64,000 bases of DNA from Nanobdellota archaeon (GCA_038046385.1 JBBSWH010000006.1:96001-160000); one strand, 5' to 3'; positions 37,370-48,140 are shown, numbered from the stretch's first letter. The notes: generated from the letters alone by a model not told the origin. Program-made: numbers and translations.

Positions 37370-38002
37370 TCACCCACACCACTTACACTCTTCTGCTGCA
37401 TCTGGAATGTTATTGGAAAGGACTTTAAGAGCATGAGATAATATTCTTTCAGCATTCGTAACATCTATCTTCATCTTGACTAAATCGGTGTTAAACAATA
37501 CAGTTCCATCAGCGTTGACTTTAGAAGGATGATAAAACAATAAATAAGCGTAATCATGAGTCTTATACCCATTCTTCCTAAGTAAAAAATTGTAAATGTC
37601 AAGCTGATTCTGGTAATGGGCAGCTGTGTCGTCTTTCAGGGGAAAGCCGCGCGTTTTATAATCCAAAACAATGAACTTGCCGCTTTTAACAAGAATGTTG
37701 TCAACTGCCCCGCGTAACACATTACCAGAAGAATCAGTATATGAAATGCCTTTGAAGTTGCTTCTCCAAATAGCAAGCAAAGAAATATCATCAAACAACT
37801 TAACATTCTTCAGCTTAAGAGAAGGAGGCAATCCTTTCCCGATAAAAGAGTCAAAATACTCTTTCAAGACTTTATCCATGCCTGAAGGAAGAGAAGGAAA
37901 TATGCTATCAGGCCTTTTAATGTTTTTATTAAAATGAAGCCAAAAACACCTAGGACAATCTGAAAGAAGCGATAATGATGAAGGGGAAAATTTGTAGGTC
38001 AT
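37370..38002 (-). CDS. PD-(D/E)XK nuclease (RecB/Cas4-like)
   Basis: SPSS....CPRC, GAVD..., LDYKT, QL.IY, C-terminal CKWC. Confidence 0.82.
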   Translation of the reverse strand: MTYKFSPSSLSLLSDCPRCFWLHFNKNIKRPDSIFPSLPSGMDKVLKEYFDSFIGKGLPPSLKLKNVKLFDDISLLAIWRSNFKGISYTDSSGNVLRGAVDNILVKSGKFIVLDYKTRGFPLKDDTAAHYQNQLDIYNFLLRKNGYKTHDYAYLLFYHPSKVNADGTVLFNTDLVKMKIDVTNAERILSHALKVLSNNIPDAAEECKWCG

Positions 38003-38865
38003 TTTATGTACCTTTTCATGAAAAACCTTACAAAATATTTTTGTTTTTCATTAATCTGGCTTGCTTCAAGGTTTTTATAGTATTCCATTCTGTCCTTGAA
38101 TTTAATATTAAGCATGGGGTATTCGTGCCTAATAAGCACATAATTTGCCAGTAACCTGCTTATTCTTCCGTTTCCATCAGAATATGGATGGATGGTAACA
38201 AACTTCAAATGGGACAAAGCGGCCAGTTCAACAGGGTTCATTCTTTTTTCATTCTTGGAATACCATCCAAAAAACTCCGCAAGCAGCTTAGGAACATCTT
38301 CCGGAGCAGGAAAAGAAGTTCTGCTGCCGGTTACTATTATCTTATGAATTCTTAATTTGCCGGCAATGTAATCTTTGGATTCCCTAAAAATCATTTCGTG
38401 CCATTTATTGACAATGCTTAGGCTTAATTTACCTTTAAATTCCATCATTGAGTAAAATGCCTTCCGATAGCCTTCGGTTTCCCTTACTTCGTTCAGGGGC
38501 TTGTTTTTTGGTGTTGTATTATGCAAAAACAACCCTTTTGTGTCATCCAAAGATAAGCTGCTTCCCTCTATCTTGCTTGAATTGTAAATGAAATGAACCA
38601 GAAAATCCTCAATCAGTTTTTGCTTTTCTTCTGCAGGCAAATTGTTTTGCTCTTTATCATATTTTGATTTTATTTCTTTGATTTTGCTGAATGTTATTAA
38701 TTTTAGGTGTTTATATTCCATATCTTCTTTGATTTCTTCTATATTATCGGGAATTTTTTTGCCGAGATACTTGCTTAGTGTTTTGGTTTTTTTGCCTATC
38801 TTGAAATTGTGCTCAACATAGAAATATTTTTTCCCACCAACTGTTCTTTTTTTTATTGCTGCCAT
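37999..38865 (-). CDS. Fic-family protein (class II, with autoinhibitory motif)
   Basis: HPYSDGNGRISR catalytic motif and upstream SSKIEG. Confidence 0.9.
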   Translation of the reverse strand: MAAIKKRTVGGKKYFYVEHNFKIGKKTKTLSKYLGKKIPDNIEEIKEDMEYKHLKLITFSKIKEIKSKYDKEQNNLPAEEKQKLIEDFLVHFIYNSSKIEGSSLSLDDTKGLFLHNTTPKNKPLNEVRETEGYRKAFYSMMEFKGKLSLSIVNKWHEMIFRESKDYIAGKLRIHKIIVTGSRTSFPAPEDVPKLLAEFFGWYSKNEKRMNPVELAALSHLKFVTIHPYSDGNGRISRLLANYVLIRHEYPMLNIKFKDRMEYYKNLEASQINEKQKYFVRFFMKRYIK

Positions 38866-38963
38866 AAGATTAGTTATACCCACTTTCTTATAAATTTTGT
38901 GTTTTTTGTTGAAAAGTGGGGATAAGAATAGAGGGAATTTTTACAAGGGATTGAATAAATGGT

Positions 38964-39506
38964 TTACCCGAATTTTGACAATATCTGACGGCCTATTTTT
39001 GAAATGTACTCTGCAGCTTCTTTGCTGCTTCCTTTAGAAGTAATTTGAATGAGGTATTCGTCTTTGGTTATGTAAAGAGTGTAATAGTAAATGTTTGGAT
39101 CATTGTACTGGCCGCCATAATCGTTTTCGTTGTTTAAATAAAATCTGCTCTGGTCCCCGTAATCATTCACACTGATTAATCCTTCAACACTGCGGTAGTG
39201 CTGGGAAGAATATTGGTATGTTCCGTTTAGATCATTTAGATTTGTAAATTTCTGTAATTGAATAATCACTTCAGTATCATTTAAACTATTAATGGTGTAG
39301 TCACAGAAGCTGTATTGCGCCAGCGGTGAAAATTCGTTGGTTGGGTATTCCTCTGTCAGGCAATCTGTTCCGTTGTTTTTCATTCCAAGCTGCTGAAGGT
39401 CTTGTGCATCAAGCAGCAGCTCCTGGGTTCCTAGTATAGTTGTCTTTGCTGTTGAGCATCCTCCGATAAGCAATAAGAAAATTGTTAAAATTATAGCTGG
39501 TTTCAC
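38964..39506 (-). CDS. Putative lipoprotein
   Basis: Signal peptide with lipobox-like LIGGC. Confidence 0.65.
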   Translation of the reverse strand: MKPAIILTIFLLLIGGCSTAKTTILGTQELLLDAQDLQQLGMKNNGTDCLTEEYPTNEFSPLAQYSFCDYTINSLNDTEVIIQLQKFTNLNDLNGTYQYSSQHYRSVEGLISVNDYGDQSRFYLNNENDYGGQYNDPNIYYYTLYITKDEYLIQITSKGSSKEAAEYISKIGRQILSKFG

Positions 39507-39682
39507 AATATCACCTTTATTTTAGAGGGGTGTTGTTGTTTTTAAATATTATTAAAAAAATGTCAGTTTTTTATTGTAAATTTGTGGGTGTAAAAAATCT
39601 TTTTTTAAGCTAGGGGTTGTGCTGAGTGGCAAGTCTGTTTTTTTCGTATTTTTCTTTATTTTCCTACTTATTTGGTTAGCTG

Positions 39683-39831
39683 ACCCTGTTGTTTCGTGTG
39701 GAAACGTGTTTCTTTCTTCTTTTCTTTTTTTCTTTCTTCTTCTTCTTTTCTATATAGAAATAATATATATAATATATAATAATAAGAATAAAATATATAA
39801 TAATAAAGGGTTCCATAGGAAATCAAGGGGT
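39683..39831. other. Chromosomal replication origin (oriC): two inverted ORBs around an AT-rich DUE
   Basis: Minus-strand GTTTCCACACGAAACAACAGGGT (39683-39705) and plus-strand GTTCCATAGGAAATCAAGGGGT (39810-39831) flank an almost pure A/T tract directly upstream of cdc6. Confidence 0.8.
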
Positions 39832-39881
39832 GTCCTAAGTAAAAGCAATCTTTAAATACAACCTGTAAACCTCTGGTTCTT

Positions 39882-41087
39882 ATGGAGAGGGGGTTGGAAA
39901 CATTCTTTGAGGTTTTCCTCAAAAAAGACAGTGTATTTTTTGACAAGAAAGCGCTACAGACATCTTTCGCGCCAAACATAATACTTCATAGGGAAGACCA
40001 AATCAAGCAGATAGCTAATATTCTGGCTCCTTCATTAAAGGGAGACCGGCCATCAAATGTTTTTGTCTATGGAAAGACAGGATCAGGAAAAACACTTACC
40101 ATAAAACACACAACACAAAAACTAGCAGAGGTAGCAGAAAAAGAGCAAGTTCCGTTAAAAATAATATACATCAACTGCAAGCTAAAGCGCGGAACAGACA
40201 CAGAATATAGGTTAATAGCACAGTTGGCAAGAGAATTGGGAAAAGCAATCCCACCAACAGGTTTGCCAACAGAAGAGGTTTACAGAATATTTCTTAAGGC
40301 AATCAACAAAGAAAAAAGAAATTACATTCTAGTACTAGACGAAATTGACCAGTTAGTCAATAAAATAGGAGATTCTGTTTTATACAATCTTACAAGGATG
40401 AATGAGGAAAATACAGAATCACAAATATCAATCATTGGAATATCAAACGACGTAACATTTGTAGATGCTTTAGACCCAAGAGTAAGGTCCTCAATGTCAG
40501 AAGAGGAAATTGTTTTTCCACCGTACAATGCGATGCAAATCCAGGCAATTTTAAGGCAGAGAACAGATATTGCATTCAACAAAGAAACAATAGAGGCTGG
40601 TGTTATAGAAAAATGCGCAGCATACGCAGCAAGAGACCATGGAGATGCACGCAGAGCTTTAGAATTAATGAGGGTATCGGGCGAAATTGCAGACAGAAAG
40701 AATGAAAAGAAAATTACTGTAACCCATATTGATGAAGCTGAAGATAAGATAGACAGGGACAGGATAGTTGACATTGTGGCATCGCAGCCGAAGCAATACC
40801 AGTTAGTTCTGCAATCTATTCTTTCCTTGCAGCCAGAAAGAAAAAACAGCATTTTCACAGGGGAAATTTACGAGCTGTACAAGTCGCTGTGCAAGAAAAC
40901 AAACACAACAGTCTTGACACAAAGAAGAATATCAGATATTATTTCAGAGTTTGACATGCTTGGAATTGTTAACGCAAAAGTTATCTCAAAGGGAAGATAC
41001 GGAAGAACGAGGGATATTTCAGTGGAGATCCCGGAAGCAGCTTTGAAGAGAATAAAAACAATACTTTTAGACACATTAAACATCTAA
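39882..41087 (+). CDS. cdc6: Orc1/Cdc6 replication initiator
   Basis: HRE.QI, YGKTGSGKT, VLDEID, F.PY, GDARRAL, GRYGRT wHTH. Confidence 0.96.
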   Translation: MERGLETFFEVFLKKDSVFFDKKALQTSFAPNIILHREDQIKQIANILAPSLKGDRPSNVFVYGKTGSGKTLTIKHTTQKLAEVAEKEQVPLKIIYINCKLKRGTDTEYRLIAQLARELGKAIPPTGLPTEEVYRIFLKAINKEKRNYILVLDEIDQLVNKIGDSVLYNLTRMNEENTESQISIIGISNDVTFVDALDPRVRSSMSEEEIVFPPYNAMQIQAILRQRTDIAFNKETIEAGVIEKCAAYAARDHGDARRALELMRVSGEIADRKNEKKITVTHIDEAEDKIDRDRIVDIVASQPKQYQLVLQSILSLQPERKNSIFTGEIYELYKSLCKKTNTTVLTQRRISDIISEFDMLGIVNAKVISKGRYGRTRDISVEIPEAALKRIKTILLDTLNI

Positions 41088-41088
41088 A

Positions 41089-42555
41089 ATGCAAGAATTC
41101 ATACAGCAAAAAAAGGAAGTAATAGGCACTTTTCTAAAAGAGGGTGTTCTTGTAAGCTCTGAATTATTGAAGCAGATGGAAACAGAGGAAGGAATAAAAA
41201 AAATTATAGAACTTCTTAAAACAAAAAAAGCAGAGGATATTGCCGTCATAAATAACATTGCAGACATTCAAAAACCAGAAATAAAATCAAAGATAGAAAA
41301 AGTAAGAATCATAGAATCATACAAAGACGAGCCAAAGAAAAGAGAGATGCAGGATTTTGTTGATTACTTCACAGCAAGATACAAGGGAATGGAGAAATTA
41401 ATCAAGAACAGGCAGGAAATGGCTTCAACAATTTCCATAAACAAGCTGTACAACAAGAAAGACAAGGAAAATGTTGTAATCATCGGGATGGTGAGCGACA
41501 AGCAGGTCACAAAGAACGGAAATATTATGTTAAAACTGGAAGACCCGACAGGATACACCAAGGCAATCATCAACAAAACAAAGCCTGAGCTGTTCAACGA
41601 GGCAAAAAACATTGTTCTTGATGAAGTTATCGGGATAACCGGATCCAACATAAATAATTTTGTTTTCATTAACAGCATAGTGTGGCCCGATATACCGACG
41701 ACAAAAGAGCTAAAAAAAGCAACAGAAGAAACGTACGCTGTTTTTCTTTCAGATTTGCACGTTGGCTCGTCAAAATTCCTGCCTGAAGATTTTGACAAGT
41801 TTCTAAAATGGATTAACGGAGAAACAGGGAATGAGCAGCAAAAAGCTTTGGCAAAAAAAGTTGAATATATATTCATTGCCGGCGATTTGGTTGACGGTGT
41901 CGGGATTTATCCGAAGCAGGATGAAGAGCTTTTAATAAAAGATATTTACCAGCAATACAAAGAATGCGCAAAACTTTTAGACCAAATTCCAAAACATATT
42001 CCATTAATCATATGCCCTGGAAATCACGATGCTCTAAGAATATCAGAGCCGCAGCCATTATTACCAAAAGATTATGCAAAGCCATTATACGAGCTTAGCA
42101 ACGCAATCATGGTATCCAATCCATGCACAGTAAACATAGGAGCAACAGAAGATTTTTCAGGGTTTGATGTATTAATGTATCATGGTTATTCTTTTGACCA
42201 TTTCATTGCAGAAGTTGATTTATTGAGAAACAACGGCGGATATGACAGGGCAGATTTGGTTATGAAATTTTTATTAAAAAGAAGACATTTAGGGCCAACA
42301 CACGGATCAACTTTATACCTACCAGACCAAAAGAAAGACCATAGAATTATAGAAAGAGTTCCTGATTTCTTCCTATCAGGGCACATCCACAAATCAGTTG
42401 TTGCAAACTACAGAAATGTTACAATGATCTGCGGCAGCTGCTGGCAGGGAAAAACAAGCTTTCAGGAGAAAGTAGGGCACAACCCTGAACCAAGCAGGGT
42501 TCCAATTGTAAATCTTAAGACAAGAGATGTAAAGGTGTTTAAATTTGGACAATGA
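41089..42555 (+). CDS. polB: DNA polymerase D small subunit (DP1)
   Basis: OB fold (LEDPTG), SDLHVGS, AGDLVDGVGIYP, PGNHD, GHIH. Confidence 0.95.
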   Translation: MQEFIQQKKEVIGTFLKEGVLVSSELLKQMETEEGIKKIIELLKTKKAEDIAVINNIADIQKPEIKSKIEKVRIIESYKDEPKKREMQDFVDYFTARYKGMEKLIKNRQEMASTISINKLYNKKDKENVVIIGMVSDKQVTKNGNIMLKLEDPTGYTKAIINKTKPELFNEAKNIVLDEVIGITGSNINNFVFINSIVWPDIPTTKELKKATEETYAVFLSDLHVGSSKFLPEDFDKFLKWINGETGNEQQKALAKKVEYIFIAGDLVDGVGIYPKQDEELLIKDIYQQYKECAKLLDQIPKHIPLIICPGNHDALRISEPQPLLPKDYAKPLYELSNAIMVSNPCTVNIGATEDFSGFDVLMYHGYSFDHFIAEVDLLRNNGGYDRADLVMKFLLKRRHLGPTHGSTLYLPDQKKDHRIIERVPDFFLSGHIHKSVVANYRNVTMICGSCWQGKTSFQEKVGHNPEPSRVPIVNLKTRDVKVFKFGQ

Positions 42556-45500
42556 AATATATTTTAAGGAATTAACTGTAAAAATAAACAAGGCTTACGA
42601 AATTGCAGCAACAGCGAGAGCCAAAGGTTATGATCCTGAAGATACTGTAAACATTCCTTTAGCGAAAAACATGGCCGAAAGGGTAGAGGGGCTTGTTAGC
42701 GTTGCAGTTCCGCAAATAATGAACAAAGGGATTCCTGCAAGGCTAAAGGAACTAGAAGCAAAGTATGGAAAATTAGATTGGAGGGTTGCTTTTACAATAT
42801 CGCTTGAGATTGCAAAAAACAAATTTGTTGAATTCAAGACGCAGAATGAGGCGATGGAAGCAGGGATAAGGATAGGATTAGCATATTTAACTTTAGGTGT
42901 TGTTGCTTCTCCGTTAGAAGGTTTTGTTGGATTAAAAATCAGAAAAACAAAAGACGGAAAAGATTACATTGCATTGATGTACTCCGGCCCGATAAGAAGC
43001 GCAGGGGGAACAGCTGGAGCTGTAAGCGTGATTCTTGCAGACTATATAAGGAAAGAGATGGGTTTTGCAAAGTACGATGCAAACGAAAAAGAAATAAGAA
43101 GAACAGTAACAGAAATGTATGATTACCATGAGCGTGTCACAAATTTACAATACCTGCCAAGTGAAAAGGAAATAAGATTTTTAGTAAGCAACCTGCCGAT
43201 TCAGATTGATGGGGATGCGTCTGAAGATATTGAAGTTTCAAATTATAAGGATGTTGAAAGAATTGAAACAAACAAGATACGAAGCGGGCCGTGCCTTGTT
43301 TTAGGAGAATGTGTTGCGCAAAAAGCTCCAAAAGTTGCAGCTCAATTAAAAAGATGGGGTGCTGATTTTGGATTAGAAGATTGGAATTTCTTACAAGAAT
43401 TTGTAATCCTCCAAAAAGAAATCAAAGCAAAGCAGCAGCAGACAAAAAAAGGGATTTCTCCGATATTTACATTCATACAGGATTTAGTTGCCGGAAGGCC
43501 GGTTCTAACACACCCATCTGCTTTTGGAGGATTTAGATTGAGATACGGAAGATGCAGAACATCTGGGTATTCTTCATGCTCTATCCATCCTGCAACAATG
43601 TGGATTCTTAACAAATATATTGCAATCGGCACGCAGTTAAAGATGGAACGTCCGGGAAAAGCAACAGCTTTGACAGCATGTGATACAATTGAAGGGCCTA
43701 TCGTAAAGCTAAAAAATGGAAACGTTGTATTGATAGACACAGAAGCAAAGGCAAAGATGCATGCTGACTCTGTAAAGGAAATTTTGTTTGTAGGCGACCT
43801 TTTAATCAGCTACGGAGATTTTTTCAACAGGGCGCACCCGCTTGTTCCGTCGGGATACTGTGAGGAATGGTGGGTGCAGGAAGCAGAAAAAGCAATGATA
43901 GATACTTTCGGCAGCGGTGATTTTACACAACTTTCTAAATTGACAGGAGCAGATGAAACAACACTTCATAATATAATAAGAAATTACACAAAAGAAATAC
44001 CAGATGCAGGTGTTGCGATTGCAATAAGCAACGCATTGAAAGTTCCGCTTCATCCAAGATACACATATCATTGGAAAGGAATACAAAAAGAAGATTTCAG
44101 CGAATTCTTGAAGTGGATGGAAACAGGAAGGGTAGAAAAAGATGAAAACAAGATAACAAAAATAGTCCTCAATAAGAATGATTTTGGAAAAAGAATGCTG
44201 GAATTGGCAGGAATCCCCCATCTTTTTATCAACAATGAATTCACAGTCATAGAAAGCAACGATGCAGAAATATTATACACGATGCTGAAGCTTGGAACTG
44301 CAAAAGAAATCATAGAAGCAGATGATGTTCTCGGATTAATCAACAATTTCTCTGAAATAAAAATGAAGGATAAATCAGGGACTTTCATAGGCGCAAGAAT
44401 GGGGCGCCCAGAGAAAGCAAAAGTCAGAAAACTGGACGGAGACCCTCATACTTTGTTCCCAGTCGGAAAAGAAGGCGGAAAGATGAGATCATTCCAGACT
44501 GCAATGGAAAAAGGGTTTGTTGAAGCAGAATTTCCGACATTCTTTTGCAAGGCGTGCAACAAAGATACTATTTTCAGCGTATGCGACATCTGCAGCGCAA
44601 AAACCACAAAGATGAGCCACTGCAAGATATGCGGGACAACAGAGAAAGAATGCCCGCACGGAGGAAATATACACTACAAAGTCCAGAAACTAAACCTTAA
44701 CGAGCATTTCAAAAATACTCTGAAGAGGCTTGGGATGTCTCAGTACCCTGATTTAATCAAAGGTGTTCGCGGAACTTCAAATAAAGATCACGTGCCGGAG
44801 CATTTTGCAAAAGGAATACTAAGGGCAAAGCACGATGTTTCTGTAAATAAGGACGGAACAACAAGGTATGATATGACGCAGCTTCCTATAACCCATTTCA
44901 AGCCAAACGAGATAGGAACATCATTTGAACAATTAAGAAAGATGGGATACAGCAAGGACATAAACGGAAACGAGCTTGAGAATGATAATCAGGTGATAGA
45001 GTTAAGGGCACAGGATATTATACTTCCAAAGTGTGTTGACGCGCCTGAAGCTGGGGCAGATGAAGTGCTGTTCAATGTTGGAAATTTCATGGATGAGATG
45101 CTGGTTTCATTGTACGGAGTTGGAAAATTTTACAATTTTAAATCAAGAGAAGATCTTGTTGGAGAGCTAGTTGTTGCTTTAGCTCCGCATACTTCAGCCG
45201 GAATTGTGGGAAGAATAATCGGATTCTCGCAGACACAGGGATTCTATGCGCATCCTTTGTTTCATGCAGCAACAAGAAGAGACTGTGACGGGGATGAAGC
45301 ATCTGTAACATTATTGATGGACGCTCTTGTTAACTTTTCAAGGCACTTTTTGCCGAATTCAAGAGGAGCAACACAGGATGCTCCACTGGTTTTGACATCT
45401 ATATTGATTCCGTCGGAAGTTGATGATATGATATTTGACCTGGATGTTGCGAACAAATACTCGCTTGACTTTTACGATGCTGCGCAAAGATTTGAAATGC

Positions 45501-46033
45501 CCGGCAATGTAAAAGTTGCAAAGTTTGCGCACATACTTGACAGCAACAATGTTTATTCGAGCATTTACTACACACACGAAGTTGACTGCATAAACAACGG
45601 GATAAAATGCTCATCATACAAGACAATCCCTTCAATGGAAGACAAGCTGAAGGGACAGATGGATCTTGCTGACAAGATAAGAGCTGTTGATGCAACTGAT
45701 GTTGCAAGGCTCGTCATAGAAAAACATCTGTTAAGGGACATAAAAGGAAACTTAAGGAAGTTTTCGACGCAGCAGTTCAGGTGCAGCAAATGCACAGAAA
45801 AATACAGAAGGCCGCCGTTAGTCGGAAAATGTTTGGCATGCGGAAGCAGGCTGCTGTTTACGGTAACAGAAGGGTCAATTGTAAAATATCTAGAGCCTGC
45901 AATTTCATTGTCTGACAAATATAATTTGCCTCCTTATCTGAAGCAGGTTCTTGTTTTAACAAAACACAGAGTTGAAGGAGTGTTCGGAAGAGAGAAAGAC
46001 AAACAGGAAGGGCTTAATAGGTGGTTTGGGTAG
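42545..46033 (+). CDS. polC: DNA polymerase D large subunit (DP2), no intein
   Basis: GPIRSAGGT, GFRLRYGR, RMGRPEK, RRDCDGDE catalytic motif, C-terminal Zn finger and PIP-like QEGLNRWF. Confidence 0.97.
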   Translation: MDNEIYFKELTVKINKAYEIAATARAKGYDPEDTVNIPLAKNMAERVEGLVSVAVPQIMNKGIPARLKELEAKYGKLDWRVAFTISLEIAKNKFVEFKTQNEAMEAGIRIGLAYLTLGVVASPLEGFVGLKIRKTKDGKDYIALMYSGPIRSAGGTAGAVSVILADYIRKEMGFAKYDANEKEIRRTVTEMYDYHERVTNLQYLPSEKEIRFLVSNLPIQIDGDASEDIEVSNYKDVERIETNKIRSGPCLVLGECVAQKAPKVAAQLKRWGADFGLEDWNFLQEFVILQKEIKAKQQQTKKGISPIFTFIQDLVAGRPVLTHPSAFGGFRLRYGRCRTSGYSSCSIHPATMWILNKYIAIGTQLKMERPGKATALTACDTIEGPIVKLKNGNVVLIDTEAKAKMHADSVKEILFVGDLLISYGDFFNRAHPLVPSGYCEEWWVQEAEKAMIDTFGSGDFTQLSKLTGADETTLHNIIRNYTKEIPDAGVAIAISNALKVPLHPRYTYHWKGIQKEDFSEFLKWMETGRVEKDENKITKIVLNKNDFGKRMLELAGIPHLFINNEFTVIESNDAEILYTMLKLGTAKEIIEADDVLGLINNFSEIKMKDKSGTFIGARMGRPEKAKVRKLDGDPHTLFPVGKEGGKMRSFQTAMEKGFVEAEFPTFFCKACNKDTIFSVCDICSAKTTKMSHCKICGTTEKECPHGGNIHYKVQKLNLNEHFKNTLKRLGMSQYPDLIKGVRGTSNKDHVPEHFAKGILRAKHDVSVNKDGTTRYDMTQLPITHFKPNEIGTSFEQLRKMGYSKDINGNELENDNQVIELRAQDIILPKCVDAPEAGADEVLFNVGNFMDEMLVSLYGVGKFYNFKSREDLVGELVVALAPHTSAGIVGRIIGFSQTQGFYAHPLFHAATRRDCDGDEASVTLLMDALVNFSRHFLPNSRGATQDAPLVLTSILIPSEVDDMIFDLDVANKYSLDFYDAAQRFEMPGNVKVAKFAHILDSNNVYSSIYYTHEVDCINNGIKCSSYKTIPSMEDKLKGQMDLADKIRAVDATDVARLVIEKHLLRDIKGNLRKFSTQQFRCSKCTEKYRRPPLVGKCLACGSRLLFTVTEGSIVKYLEPAISLSDKYNLPPYLKQVLVLTKHRVEGVFGREKDKQEGLNRWFG

Positions 46034-46036
46034 ATT

Positions 46037-46648
46037 ATGAAACAAAAAACCAAAGATATACTACTTAAGTTTGGGTTAATTCCACATTACGAAGAAGATA
46101 CTTTATTTTTGATGAGTATTGCAGCAATCATATTATTTTTAATTTCTTTTGATTTAAGATCCGACTTCTTTTATTTTTTTACTGGAAGCGCCGCAATAAC
46201 AATAATTTCGATACTAATTGGAATCTATGTTTCAATTTATAATGCGTTTTCAAACAAGAAGAAACCCACCGGTCACAAATTTTTCATGTTATTTTTTGCT
46301 GTAATAATAAATTCCTATATTGGTTTTAAATCAGGAACTTATATTTTATCTAAATCCTCAGACCTATGGATTATATTCCCAATTTTAAATATTTTAAACT
46401 CAGTATCACTTATCCTTCTCTTTAAAATGGGGGTAATAAATGAAAATTCTATTTCAGATGAAAATACAAATTATTGGGAACTTGTTATTGGGTCATTTGT
46501 ACTAATAACAATAATTTTCATAAGTAATTTTATCTACAAAAACTATTGGGCAATCACCTTTTCCATGTCTGTTGCATATGCAACAAATTTCAACAACATA
46601 ATTATTAATAGTGTTAATGCATTTAGAAAACTTAGATTTTCGCCTTGA
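46037..46648 (+). CDS. Hypothetical multi-pass membrane protein
   Basis: About 6 hydrophobic segments; visibly AT-rich. Confidence 0.65.
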   Translation: MKQKTKDILLKFGLIPHYEEDTLFLMSIAAIILFLISFDLRSDFFYFFTGSAAITIISILIGIYVSIYNAFSNKKKPTGHKFFMLFFAVIINSYIGFKSGTYILSKSSDLWIIFPILNILNSVSLILLFKMGVINENSISDENTNYWELVIGSFVLITIIFISNFIYKNYWAITFSMSVAYATNFNNIIINSVNAFRKLRFSP

Positions 46649-47042
46649 CAATATTCTTTACACCGCAGGCTGTGCATTTCATGTAAAGAAGCTCGCCTTC
46701 TTTTTCCAGTTTTGTGTCCGGCTTGCCGCATTCTGCGCAAAGCACGAATTCATTGGCATACTGCCTTATCTTCTCGTTTATTCTTGAAGCGGAAATTTTG
46801 GTGCCCATTATCAATGAGCCTGATTTTTTGATTTCTCCCGGCGTTGCAAGCTCTTTCAGGACATACTTCAGCAAATGCTCAACTTCCCTTCTCAAGTCGG
46901 TTGCAATCTGCAGGAAATTGGAGATAATGGTTCTGTTACCCTGTATGTGGCCGATTACTTTCGGTATCACAAACCTTTCCTTGATGAATACGACTTCAGG
47001 CAGTGATTTTCGCGCGTCTTCTAGCATTTCCTTGTAATCCAT
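46632..47042 (-). CDS. Translation initiation factor 2 beta subunit
   Basis: ERF.IP, GN.TII.NF, ELATPG, C.EC..PDT...C.ACG; start adjusted. Confidence 0.94.
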   Translation of the reverse strand: MDYKEMLEDARKSLPEVVFIKERFVIPKVIGHIQGNRTIISNFLQIATDLRREVEHLLKYVLKELATPGEIKKSGSLIMGTKISASRINEKIRQYANEFVLCAECGKPDTKLEKEGELLYMKCTACGVKNIVKAKI

Positions 47043-47100
47043 GCAAGAGAGTAAAGAAGGGTTGTTTATAAAGCTAATCAATAAATCACTAGACAACAAT

Positions 47101-47173
47101 ATGGCTGGTCGGACGGGGGTTGTCCCTTACGGGGTGTCCGACGAGGAGCGTAGCGACGACAGCCTATATTATT
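47101..47173 (-). repeat. 73-bp structured element family C, copy 2 (inverted)
   Basis: One mismatch to 29850-29922. Confidence 0.9.
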
Positions 47174-47263
47174 GTTGTCTCTAATACCTCCAGATAAAAG
47201 ATACTCAACAACTTACCTAAGTTATTCACAAAATATATAAATAAAACAACAAAGAAAACAACC

Positions 47264-48115
47264 ATGGTGCTTGAATCAATACTTTTTCCAGTTAATGCCG
47301 AAAAAAAACCCTGGCAGATGTTTATTCTAGGTTTGGTTTACACTACTATAGGCATATTTATCTCAATGTGGATTTTCGCAGACCAAGCGAGTTTAGTGAT
47401 GGTTTTCATGATAACAATGGCAGCTCTGCCAATTTTCTTCAACACAATGAAACTTGAGGAAAGCAAAGATATGCTGATGGACAATGAAACCGCAATACTC
47501 AAAGAGCACAACAAAGCCATCACGTTTTTCATGTATCTTTTTGTCGGCATCACAGTTGCATGCGCATTCTGGTATGCTGTTCTTCCGACATCCACAATAA
47601 ACAGCGTTTTTGACAAGCAAATCGGAACAATACAGTCAATCAACAACCAGGTTTCAGGAAATGTAGTCACAAACCTTGGAGTATTTTTTGCAATATTCTT
47701 TAATAATTTCAAAGTGCTTGCATTTTCAATTTTGTTTGCGTTCATCTACGGAGCAGGCGCAATATTCATACTGGCGTGGAATGCAACAGTCATCGGAGCG
47801 GCAATAGGCAATTTCATAAGATCAAACATAAGCACATACTCAAGCACTTTTGGATTGACACAATCCGGAAATTATTTTCATGTTGTATCGGTCGGATTGC
47901 TGAAATACTCAATACACGGATTGCCGGAAATTGCAGCATATTTTTACGGCGCGCTTGCAGGCGGGATACTGTCAGTGGCTTTGATAAGGAAGCATTTCAT
48001 GACAGATAAATTCTCAAAAGTAATAATAGATTTTTCAGAACTAATACTGATTGCAATCGGGTTTTTGATAGCAGCTGCATTCCTTGAAGTTTACATAACG
48101 CCGATTTTATTCTGA
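47264..48115 (+). CDS. SpoIIM/DUF95-family membrane protein
   Basis: IFFNN..V, IL.WNA..IG, HG.PEI.AY, AA.LEV.ITP. Confidence 0.85.
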   Translation: MVLESILFPVNAEKKPWQMFILGLVYTTIGIFISMWIFADQASLVMVFMITMAALPIFFNTMKLEESKDMLMDNETAILKEHNKAITFFMYLFVGITVACAFWYAVLPTSTINSVFDKQIGTIQSINNQVSGNVVTNLGVFFAIFFNNFKVLAFSILFAFIYGAGAIFILAWNATVIGAAIGNFIRSNISTYSSTFGLTQSGNYFHVVSVGLLKYSIHGLPEIAAYFYGALAGGILSVALIRKHFMTDKFSKVIIDFSELILIAIGFLIAAAFLEVYITPILF

Positions 48116-48140
48116 ATTATAGACAGAATAATCTATAGTT

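Noticed and set aside
37370-38002. Cas4 of a CRISPR system
   Set aside because: Solo PD-(D/E)XK nuclease with no cas1/cas2 or array nearby.
39619-39979. ORFs 39619-39855 and 39668-39979
   Set aside because: Low-complexity translations across the origin DUE.
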